A stretch of 64,000 nucleotides of DNA from Balanoglossus misakiensis (taxonomy: Eukaryota; Animalia; Hemichordata), in assembly GCA_040954595.2 (NCBI GenBank), contig CM082577.2, positions 248,001 through 312,000 of the forward strand, read 5' to 3'. Positions 25,201 through 36,600 of the stretch are shown here, in pieces. Every line of letters begins with the position of its first letter. The stretch's first letter is position 1. The notes beneath the pieces were generated by a model that had not been told where the DNA came from, ran no database searches, and saw only the letters and a list, made by a program, of their open reading frames with translations. The translations under genes and the position numbers were made by a program.

Positions 25201-28200
25201 TGTCAGTTCCTTTTGCAGATTTCATTATATTATTTCAAAGATTTTTCCACTAAAAAAGTTAGACCACCTCCCAAATATTAAACTTCATAATTTCCAAAAT
25301 TGAATAAGCCCACAAAGCTTGTTTGTTTTGTTCACTACGGTAACATTGGATGAGTTCTTTGACCTTTGACCTACCTGACTGATCTTCTAGATCCAGCAGT
25401 GCCCCCTCTAGAGCCCGGTGTTGACACTGCTGAGGGCATGTAACTACCAAAATTGAAATCTTCCTCCTTGGAATCTAGAAGCAAACAGAGGCAGAGAAAT
25501 GAGTAACAAATAAGTCAGGGATGTACAATGTATCCAGTGTTCTTCCTGCAAAGAGTATAGACATAAAGGATGCAACAACAGTTTCAGGATTTGTAGATTT
25601 CTGTCAATTATCAAAGTGTGTACGCCTTAAATGTATGTATTTTCTGAAAACCAAGATATATACCAGAATTTTTGATAGCTTAGTTCAAATGAGTGTAATT
25701 TGGCAATAGACAGGCTTACCGGGTTTATTCTTAGTATACTTCTTGTCCAGCACAAACTCTCTCCTTTCACCAGTCGGTGGTCTCTCCAGAATTTTTGAAG
25801 TGTTGCCTTTACCAAACAGTTCGTTGACTTTTGACTTGGCTTTCTCAATCTCTTGATCTTCACTTTTGCCACTTTTCTTTCCTGTTTTATAGAAAGGAAA
25901 ACAAATTAATGATAAAATATAATTTGGTCAATTTTCTGCAGGACAGAACTGTCAACAGATAAAAACTCTTAACAAAAATACAGAAGCTATTTCCTGATTT
26001 GCCCATTAGAGTGTGTTCAGGTCACAAGGATGTTCCTGACCCAATCAAAATTCATCTAACATAAGCATGACGGTGATTCTTACCCCTAGGACTGTCACCA
26101 AATCCCAGTGTGTCCAATACATCTAAATCATCCCCAATGTCAACCTCATCTCTTTTCTTCCTTGCTGGTGCTTTCTTCTGAGTTGGACCACTGTCTTCAA
26201 CTACAACAAAAAATTATACAAGTCTGATTTTGATTGTTTGAGAGACTTTAAACTTTTGTACACCAAAAAACCAACATTATTCTTCAGACAAGAGACACTG
26301 AGATCAGAGACAAGCACTTACTGACTGCAGCAGGTTGCGTGTCTTTCTCTTCTGGTTCTTTCACTGTCTTTGTTGCCATCGGTTTTGTCTTTGTCTTGGA
26401 TGGTTTGGGCTGGTCATCTTCATCATCGGACAGCCCAAGTCCAGCCAATGGGTCATCCTCATCAAATGCTACACACAAGCACAAAATCATAGAATGTAAT
26501 GAGTCATAAAATATTCAAAACAGGCAGGTAATAATACAAGTGGTAATTCTTTGTACAGGATTGGAGAGTATCATGCAGTATCTACTGTGTTAATATTGAT
26601 AAACGAATTTTGCATGATACTCTCCAGAATATAGCCAGTTTGTCCTTTCCAGATGTCAATTTTTTTGTTTATATTCACTGGACTGTTTTGAAAATTTCCA
26701 GCAGTCAGCTTGAATTATTAGACTATTTACTCATGCATAAGTCGACATCATATATTCTCATGACGCATGATGTTGGTTCAACAAGCACACTGCATATACA
26801 ATAAAGAAGAGAGCAACATTTTTTTCAATGACGTCATTTCTGATATACAGAAACTACCTGCTTGTAGTAGTCCAATTTCATTATTTTCAATAGCAGGTTA
26901 TTAACATTAGGAGAAGGGGGTACAGGCAACATGTGTCAAAATAATCAGACCTATAAAACTGGTCATATAGCTTACCACCAAAATCCATCTTTGGTTTGGT
27001 TTTGGGAGTGACTTTTGCCGGAGCTGAAGATGTTCTGGCCGGAAGCGATGTGTCCTTTTTCAAGGATTCACTCAGCAGATTTGACAACTCATCCTCAATT
27101 TCTGTTAAGAAATGATACCATTACCAATGTACGTGTCAGTGTAGGACCATTGTATAAAATATCATTTGAATGGTGATGACATATTAGACTCGCCCAACTT
27201 TACCACCAATTAATCTGTGCATGATGACAGATTTACTGCATTGTTACATGAGGTCAGAGGGCGGTCTTTAAATCCTTGTTGAAACTTTGAGGAGATTAAT
27301 TGCGTCTCCAATCATCATTCTTCATTGCTGAGGTCATTTCAGTTAATAACACCTACTTGACACAATGACTGACTGGAATTTCACAGTGTAAATCACATGA
27401 ACATCATTAATACCACATCCGTGCAGCAAACTGTGAGCAAAATTCCAACCAGAATATTATGATTTGTCTTAGGGAGTGGATGGCTTGATTTTTCAGAATT
27501 ACAAAGTGTACTTAGATTTTTCTGGTATTTTCTAGTAATTTGTGCTAGTCTCTCTAAGAATTGTTATGGCATTGGGGTTTTGTTTTATTTTTTATAAACA
27601 GTTCCTCTGTAACTGAATATTTTTACAGACTGTTTAACTACTAGTATGTGATTCACGGTACTTGTGTGATATTTACCACTTCAATGAAAATACCAATAAT
27701 ACAGTTGCATTCCAGTCATTGGTCCTTTCCTTATATGCCTATCCAGCCATTCATCCATCCCTACAATTGTATATACCAATTAATCTATCCACACACAATA
27801 CTACCAACATCACTACAACTTCTCACAGTTATCCAAAAGCCAGATAAAAGCTAACACCCACCCTTTTTCTTCTTCTCATCTACTTGACTTGTCTTGTTGT
27901 CAGGAAGGCCTCTTGTCACTTTCTGTGGCTCTGTCTTCACTGGCACACTGCTGCTGCTGCTCGATTTCTTCTTCAATGATCCCAGCAACTCATCATCCAT
28001 GTCATCCACACCCTGCAGACACAAACATTATCAGCGCCATGCACAAGTGGTAATCGAATTATTATGAACTTTGTCAGACACAAGAAAATTCAGAGTTTCT
28101 TCTGCATTAACTGGGACAAACAAGTGACAACACATACCAGATGTTTCAATAAGATATATATGTGGATTGTGAATTGTACTGTGTTTAGTCATTGTCATAC

Positions 28201-29956
28201 ATTCTCCACAAATTCAAAGAGCTATTATTCTGCTAAACCTATAACCTTTAGAAGATATATATTATTAATATTTAACTGAGTAATGATTCTTCCACAATAT
28301 TCAACTATACAACATACCTCCAAGGCTTTAGCTATTTCTGTGGGATCAGCTTCAGAGACTTCTGACTGGAAATAGAAAGAAAGAGTGTTGGTGATAGTAC
28401 AGTTGGTGAAATGGAAAGTATTGTTATTCGGTTTTTTTAATTGTGGATTTTATTATTCTCCTTTGCAAGCATAATAAAAGTCAGAAATAAAACATAGCAA
28501 AAATCCTGACATACCATTTCACTTGCTTCTCCAAGCTCTGCTGCCAAGGTACTGTAAAAATCTTCATCTCTGAATCAGGAAAAAGTGAAGAAACGGGGTT
28601 AACTTTGTTGATGTACATAAATGCTTTAATTTACATTATGTTGAAAATGGCCCTGTAATCAAATACATGTCTATTGTTATTAATTAATGTTTGCTGAGAG
28701 CAAATTTTCCAAGGCATTCATAAAAATTCACATATGTTCTTTTAAACTCAAAATCTTACTTCTTTTGTGTGGTGAGTGGGCTACCTCTGGTGGTGATTGG
28801 ACTACTTCGAACACCGGCCTTTTTCTTTGGAGTGTCATCTGAAAAGAGATTGAAATGTGACAGGTTCTACATGTACATGCAAAATCTCAAACAGTCACAG
28901 TATGCTCACTAGCCCTCGATATGTCTAGATTCATTGTATTCTCCACCTAGATGACAAAGTAGGGAATAGATTTCAAGATGATCTTTTTACCAATAACTAC
29001 TGTCTCTCTACCATGCAAAAATAAACTAAAGGAAAATCTTCATAAACTTGATTTGACAATTGATTGCAAAATTGTATTTACTCATGAATTGCATATACAA
29101 TAAAATAAAATACTAAAACAGGACTTTTAATATGGGAATATTAATTGTAAAATGCAACTGATTTGATTGAATATCTTCATGCTTACTGTGATGATCATTA
29201 TTTCCACTCACCATCATTTCCCAGCAAATCACCCAACACATCATCATATGATGTATCCCTGGCTGTAGTGAAGAACAAAGAGGGGAGCTGAGTGAGACAA
29301 GCATGAATTTCATGATACACTGATCTAACCAGTAATTGAGTGTGGCAAATGTGAGTAAAGTTTATATGCATGACGTTCATATTCAGAAATTACTGACGAT
29401 CATCTTAAATTAAATTCTTTCTGATATACAAGTTAGAAAAGTAACAACACCACCACTGCAATGTCCAGAAAAAATCCTGAAATCACTAAATCATAGAGAA
29501 TCTTTAGGAATAACGTCGGTCAGTCTGGAGATATGAATTTTGGTTAAGTCCCACTTTTAAATTAATGATCGATCGTGCATTTACGTTACAAACTTGATGA
29601 CAGGTCAACTGTTGGCCTTTGTTGATATCATAGACCCTAGAGAAAAAGGGTCTATGTTGATATTTACATTTTGTTACAGTGTTTCACTCACCTCTTGGTC
29701 GCCTGCCGCCAAGGCCAGGAAATGTGGATGACTGAAATGAACAAGTAAAGACGGAAAGGTAAGACAAAGCCATACGGTTTCATTAAATTCAGTCCAACTA
29801 GTGACCGGGACGATCAAATCTATCCACACACAAAAAAATTATTCCGTTATTGGCTTCCGGCCAACGACGGTTGCAAGGGACGCTTTCACAAAACTGAACA
29901 CCCAACAAGGGAAATGGCGTAATATAGAAGACCGATACTTCTCTTACCTTGCTCAT
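16203..29956 (-). CDS. FBF1: Fas-binding factor 1 homolog (centriole distal-appendage protein), 30 coding exons, about 1246 aa
   Basis: Exons (minus): 29948-29956, 29692-29731, 29212-29262, 28760-28838, 28515-28569, 28318-28365, 27862-28012, 26976-27101, 26322-26468, 26084-26200, 25720-25881, 25375-25474, 24778-25080, 24497-24586, 22900-22967, 22296-22594, 21948-22100, 21465-21536, 21172-21272, 20814-21020, 20389-20496, 20052-20191, 19621-19739, 19148-19270, 18863-19006, 17762-17980, 17195-17332, 16898-16988, 16568-16749, 16203-16301 (3741 nt, in frame). FBF1-like motifs: DDVLGDLLGND, SEADP...DDMDDELLG, ILERPPTGERREFVLDKKY, FNFGSYMPS, DWLGL, a long C-terminal coiled coil, and terminal DKAFLEDESFYLETLK. 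Confidence 0.92.
23660..23753. repeat. Tandem duplication, 2 x 47 bp (FBF1 intron)
   Basis: ATTGCAGTTCTAACCCCACACATACAAACTCAAACRTGTACACACGC twice, with one mismatch. Confidence 0.9.
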
Positions 29957-30080
29957 CGTAGTTTTGAGTTTTTGCGCCTATTTAAACGACAGATTCCTCG
30001 ATCCGAATTTTCGGCTTTCTAAACGACAATTTCTGTCCTAGAATAAAGTCTTGCCTTGATACCGCAGTTTCCACTCAAAC

Positions 30081-30114
30081 GTCCGCCATAATGAAAATTT
30101 TCATGCGCATGCGT
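30081..30114. promoter_or_regulatory. FBF1 promoter elements (possibly bidirectional)
   Basis: YY1-like CCGCCATAAT and NRF1-like TGCGCATGCG lie about 130-160 bp upstream of the FBF1 ATG in CpG-rich sequence. Confidence 0.5.
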
Positions 30115-31499
30115 ATGTTGCAGACCAGTTAACTGACCGTCTGTTTGCTCTACCAGACTTATTTATCTAAAGCTAGGGGGATCATGCCGTCGCTCAGACG
30201 TCCAACTACTACCGTCTACCCATGTACCCTGCGTCTACCTTAGTCCTTTAGTGCGCGTGTTCATCAACAAATGTCACAAGGGATGGAGACGGGCCTCCCC
30301 CGCGTTACAACGAAATGATCTTGCTATAAGCGGGAAGAAACAACATCGAAAGCATGCCGCATTTGGAGAAACAATCCGCCATGGACCAGAAATTTGACTT
30401 TTTGTCAATGCATGGTAAGTTTATACTCTGAAACATGCTTACGCCTGGTTTAATGATGGTTGTTCTAGATGTAGATCAGAAAGTTTATTATATTAAATGT
30501 CTAAGTTTGTTTGTTTGGGGGCAAAATGACAGAGTGTCATCAAATCGTACCTAGGGAAGAAATAATTTATAATTCACAAGCCAGTTTTGACTACTAAGCT
30601 TATTACTGCCACTTTTACCGATAGTAACCAAAATGTTCAAAAGTGTTGCCAAACTTTATCTATGTGGATTTACAAATAAATGAACATAAAAACATTGTTT
30701 TTAGTTACTAAAATGGTTCCACCCAAGTCAAATGCATCACACTAGGGGAGACAGACGCTTGCACTTGTATTGAACTTGTAAGCGGCAAAATTTGAGCGGT
30801 ATAGCATTCAAGTGTTACTCCAGTTATAACGATAATTTATGAATTTTGTGGTATAAAAATTACATGATCACAAAAAGTGTGTCGCATACAGGGATTATTG
30901 GTGATCATGCCCCACGTCTTTCAAGAGTTAGCAAGGAAATGTGCGAAATCGAAAGAATAGACACGATGGCCTAATGAAATCGAGCTTGAAAACTATTTTG
31001 TCATAGTGTTGCTTTAATATTATATGACGCTGAGCTGAGCTCTCCTTCAATAATGGATGATATTCACATAGTTACATAGAAAGGGAGATTAAAGTTCATG
31101 CATAGTAGACATTGAATTTTTAAATGCCACGCATTTCAAGAAATAGATACATTAATTATGAACCGATGAAAAGGAGTATTACCTGCACAATGCAAGTAAC
31201 CTTTACGCCCTCTATGGATTGGATACTGACATCTTGCCTTTTAAAAAAAGAAAGCACGTGACACACGTCGCGGATAAGGTGCCTGGAGCTATGGTAACAG
31301 AAACGAAAGTCGCGCGGCACAAACGTTTACATGTATGTGTAAAATGAGAGTGTACGTACCACGATTGCGATGTGATGGCCACGATTTTTTCAGTATTTCT
31401 GATAAAAATTTCAAGTACATTTGCGTGTTTTTGAAACATGATAATGTTCAATTAAAATTCCCTCGGCTGTAACTTTTGGATGGATTTTACAACATTTTA

Positions 31500-31545
31500 C
31501 ATCATCATCATCATCATCATCATCATCATGACGACGACGACGACA
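31500..31545. repeat. Compound microsatellite (CAT)n-(GAC)n
   Basis: About ten CAT units followed by five GAC units. Confidence 0.9.
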
Positions 31546-31717
31546 ATCGTTTGCCTATACTGTATGCGCACGCGTGAGTTTCTCACAAATCTTTTGGGAT
31601 AAGTTCCCAACATTTTTAAACTCGTAGAACAGACATACAACTGAACAAAAAACACCAAACATGACAAATTCGGGAACGAGACTGGAACGCGTCTTAAACG
31701 GAACAACCCACCAGTCT

Positions 31718-31769
31718 GTACACAGAGTTCATGATGAATACAAGTACACAGAGTTCATGATGAATACAA
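31718..31769. repeat. Tandem duplication, 2 x 26 bp
   Basis: GTACACAGAGTTCATGATGAATACAA twice. Confidence 0.9.
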
Positions 31770-33631
31770 AGTAGCAAGGGGCTTGTCAGTAGGGCAATAA
31801 CTTGTAGTTGCCATGCTCTTTTCAAATTACGACTTGGCACCAGTTTGATTTCGTAATGGGTGGATTTTATCGATGCCGTGGGGGAATTATATACTATTAT
31901 ATGAAAGTTGAATTAAAATCCCCCCGGACGAGATAAACAACACTGGGATTTAGACAGAAAGAATGACGTCATCAAGTCGAAATTAATCAGACTTTGCCTC
32001 GTAGTTTTTTGTGTGTTGATCCTATCAACCCATCCAAGCAGCCATGATGTCGAACACACGATTTTGATATCCTCATGTACACATATTTTTTTTTTATTTT
32101 CTGAAGAAAACTACGATTTTACGTTTAGTAAGATTTAAGAACATTTGGTTATATAATGTATCCTAATTTGGCTCAAAAAACCTACATTTTATGACCTGGG
32201 TCGTAAACTCAGGGGCTTGAATGGCGCCTGTGGTTTGACACTCAATATTTTAATCCCGCCTTTTCGCGTCGGAATAAATCTTTGAAACATAAATCTATTG
32301 TAGATTGGTTTAATGTTTAAACGCTTACAAAAAGCGACCAGTGCATCTATAGTGTGTCGAGTACAATCGCCGGGGGTTGACGCTGTTTTGATCTCCCACA
32401 TTAGAAGTTTGTTTGTAGTATTTGTCATGGCAGTTCCAAGGGAGGGATTGACCCGCGGGGAAATCAATAAACAGCGAGGCGTTAATCTTCAAAGCTGTAC
32501 TTGTTGCATTGTACACACCAGTCGAGTGTCGGAAGCCAGAGTTCATAAAGATAAAACACCACGGCTTGTGATCGATTGGCCTATTTGGAGATAGCAGTAC
32601 ACGAGAGTGTATGTGTGTATAGTACATGTAACATGCAGTGGACGTATTAAACAAATGTGTAACAAGAACACAAAACAGCGTTCGGAGGACTTCTTAGCGA
32701 CGGGCCTGGCTACAGTTTCATATCACGGAGGGTGGTGATCGGTTAGGGCCTAACGAGATTGGCCTAACGAGATTTCTGCCAACATCTCATGTTCAGCCCG
32801 CAGCCAACTCGTCACGTTGCCATGACGGTAACTAAGCAAGAAGTAATGCTTGACATTCAACCAAATTGGAGCTTACAAGTTACAACCCCACAAAAAATTC
32901 TTCGAAACTCGCACGAATGCTTCGATCGCTACTAACGACGGCGCCGCTCGTACATTTATTTTTTATGAAGTTCAGAGGACTAGGACACCACAGTCAACCA
33001 GAAGACACACATGGACGTCGGTGTTGATGACTTTTCGACCTGGGTCTTACAGGTGGTATTTTGTTACCCAAAACGATTTCAGTTCGATGGTGCGTTTGTT
33101 TTCAATATATTTTAACCGATATTAGTACATGTACATCTAACACGTCAATATCAAAGATCACTCGTTACGTTCTTTATTGACGAACACTCCCATCACATTG
33201 GGTTGTTGATTGGATGTCGGCTTTGCGTACTAAACGCCTCCACAGAACACAAGAGCGACATGGCATTTGCCCCTGCATGGAATTGGAATTTAATACACAG
33301 AAAAGGACCCGGCCATTGGAGTCGTCGCTTTTTGTGAACTGCAACCCGAGACGAACATAACTCTGTAGGACTGTTTACGAGTAAACCAGGCGAGACATCA
33401 CAACGGTGACCCTGCCAAGCACGTCGCTACAGTTACAACATACCTGTTTATATTATAGTACCCGGCTGTTGCAGAATAATCAGTCGGTATGCTGGAAACG
33501 TGCAACGTGTACAGCGCGATCTGCGAGGCACAGATACGAGCACCGGTAGAGACACGTCGACATAGTGAGTATACAAGGACTCTGAAATAAGAGACGTGCT
33601 CTTTTTAAAACTACATTACAAGAATAACGCG

Positions 33632-36600
33632 ATGGAGAAAAGTTATAGGCCGGCTCGGAATGGTAGCTTGGTCTCGGAGAACACTGACGACTCACACACA
33701 GATAACTTGAATTCGTACGGGACAGGTAAGCCGATGTGTTGTTTATGTACTCCAAGATAATATTACCGCAGTCTATTAAATCCTGAGATTCGTATTCTCT
33801 ACTCCAAGACTACAGCGGAACACCGCAGTTCAATAGATACATATATACTCATTTACCGCTCCAAGAATATGGCTAACTAATGCCGTTATTAGCTTTTGAA
33901 AATCCTGATTTTGAACAAAAGTGAAAGACCTAACTCTTCATCACACAAACAGCGTGATGTCCTCATAAACGGCGGCTTCGAAGCGAGGGGGCGAGATCGA
34001 TGCTGTACCGATTATTTCTTTTGATCGTGGCTTTTGTCGACAATGCAATCGCTTTCAATATTGTGGCTTCTCTTCCAACCGTAAGAAGCTAATTGATGGC
34101 GTATCGTTTATTATCTATCAACCAGTCTCAATTTCAACCACGGATTAAAATGATACGTTTTCTAATAAAGATGTTTATGCCATTTTAAAAAAATAACATT
34201 GAAGTTAATAGGTAGAAGTGAGAAAATTCCCATGTCAATATATTTACTTCCTTTTTCTGAGTTATTTTCGGATTGTAGGCCAAAAATGAAAATTTAAGAC
34301 CCTCGAAGTAATCTCATTGTTCGGGTGAATGTATAGTGAGTGTCAATGATTACAACGAACATATTACAAAAAGACCGTCCACCCAACAATAGCATAATGG
34401 GAAGTGTAACTATGAGAGAGCGAGAGAATAAAAATATAGGGTATCGATCCGGTGTGGACTAAGCTCACACGGCAAACTGCTGAACAATACTAAAATGCGA
34501 CAGTCAATACGGATGACCAAATTGCGAGTATTTACTCAACGCAACATATGGCACTGTCATGCAATTTGAGAGTTTGCCAGGATTGGGGTCCTTAACCCCA
34601 GACAATCATCGGCATCAAATCAGTTTAATACAGATTTACGCGCATTCTATACCGAACTATGTTGAAATTCGAAAACAAGGAGTGTCATTTTCACCGGTTG
34701 AACTTTGATGCTTTTTTTTATTCAGAGCTTCAATGAAACGCGTTTTTGTCGCGTCAAAAGAGAAGGGGGCAGTTACAATAATTAGTGACGTTTACATAGC
34801 ATTAATTTATCTGACAAAAAGATACCGCACATGCGCAGGTGTGTCACGGTATCCTGGCTATTGGGCTATTTCTTCGGCCTTGAACTGAACTCTGAGCTTC
34901 AAACACTTTAGAACACAAAAGAAGAACGTAAATTTCTTTTGACGAATAGTAAAGTGTTTTACCGGTAATATCTAGGACAAAATCAAGCGAGGGAAATTAT
35001 GGAATTTTGTGATTTTTTAAAATCATATGCAGATTGTTTTACATACCACGGTGGAAGAAACACGTCGAAAAATGAAATCCCGTTTTCGATTGAGGGAATT
35101 TCGACGAGAGAGGACGCTATGCTGATGGTACAATTTTGAAAACAGATATTGACACGGGCTACTTCACATCCCTTTTGGGTGGTTTGGTTTCAAGAACAAG
35201 GGGACGCTTAAAAATGCACGAAGTTTGTTCAAACGTTTTTGGCAGCTGCGGAACACTTTCTAGTTTCCTCCAAAACCGACGCGATGATCGACTGTATGTG
35301 TAATTCGATACCACACAACGTTACCCCCTCGAAGACAAGTGTATACTTAAACTTTATCACAAACATGACGCCTGTTATCTATATAGAAGGTTATTCTGCG
35401 AGCAATACACACATTTTTAAATACAAGAACGTCGCGTTACGGGCCTCACAATCCCAACATTCTGGCATTATTGATTTTATTCATTGGGTCCACCCGATCA
35501 AAGGCAAAACTCCATTTGCGCCAGATGCAGTGATCCATCGTTCAATTTGCAGACTTTTCAATCTTCAAAGGTTTTTAAGTGTCCGTGACATACCTGTATC
35601 GACTGATTCAAATGACAAGCAGCGGTAGGCTGAGTAATGCCATACCTCATTGTTTCAGATGTGGCATTTACACGAAAATGCTTTTTACACGCTCCGCTTT
35701 ATATACTCTCTAAACGCACCTATGTTTAGTAAACTGCGTAGGCATGCTTAGTTTAGTTGAACCATCTTGTTTGAACTGATTTTTGCATCAGAAAGTACTG
35801 TATAGACGTGTTTTGATGAATACAGTGGATAAGCTTATATGTCCCAACTCCGATTTCCCTTTGTATGGTGGCGAAAAAAGAACCGAAGTCAGAAGTGTTT
35901 TGGCAAATGAGAGCCCCCCCCCCCACCCCACCCCATGTTCTGGGAAAGCAGATTTTTTAATTAGCTTTGTAATGAACTGGACAAGAACAATAGGAGTTAG
36001 GTTTAATTAAAAAAGGCAATTAAAAAGGGGGCCTTATCAACGGAAAGCCATGATTTGGCTAATCTTTCTATAGCTATGCATTATAGTCTGACATCGCCCC
36101 TATAGTCCACCGGGTCGTGTCCTCTCCTCCTCGCAGCTGTACGGGTTTCAACTATGACTTCTCCGGGGCATCTTAATCCGTCATCGCCAGCCAATTGTGG
36201 CTGCGAGATCCACCATCGACGCACGCCTACATTTCCAACCATTACACGTCTCCGGACCGTACAAGCTTGCATCTCGGGGGAGGGTCTCTCTTTCTGCTCG
36301 AAACCCCTTCCGGATATAGGCATACATGATACACGTGGTATGGATTTGAACTTGAGTTCCGGTAAGTGATGTGCAGACGCGGTTGCTGTATATCATTATT
36401 TTATCTGCTGCTATTATGATCACATGATTGTATATCGGAGGGGAAAACTGCACACAACGGAACATGCAGCTCTGCACACTTCGCACTTTGTATGTTTCGT
36501 ATCCATCACGAAACCCGTCAGGCCACTATTTATTGTTACGAACTGGCCCTAATACGTGGACATTGCCATGGTGACAAGCCACTTGTCAAAGGTTATCTGA

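Noticed and set aside
32189-33125. Overlapping 90-110 aa ORFs, possible transposon remnant
   Set aside because: No transposase or RT motifs and no supporting splice structure.
35239-35628. 129-aa ORF inside the death-fold locus
   Set aside because: No ATG at the listed start, no recognisable domain, no clear phase-compatible splice sites.
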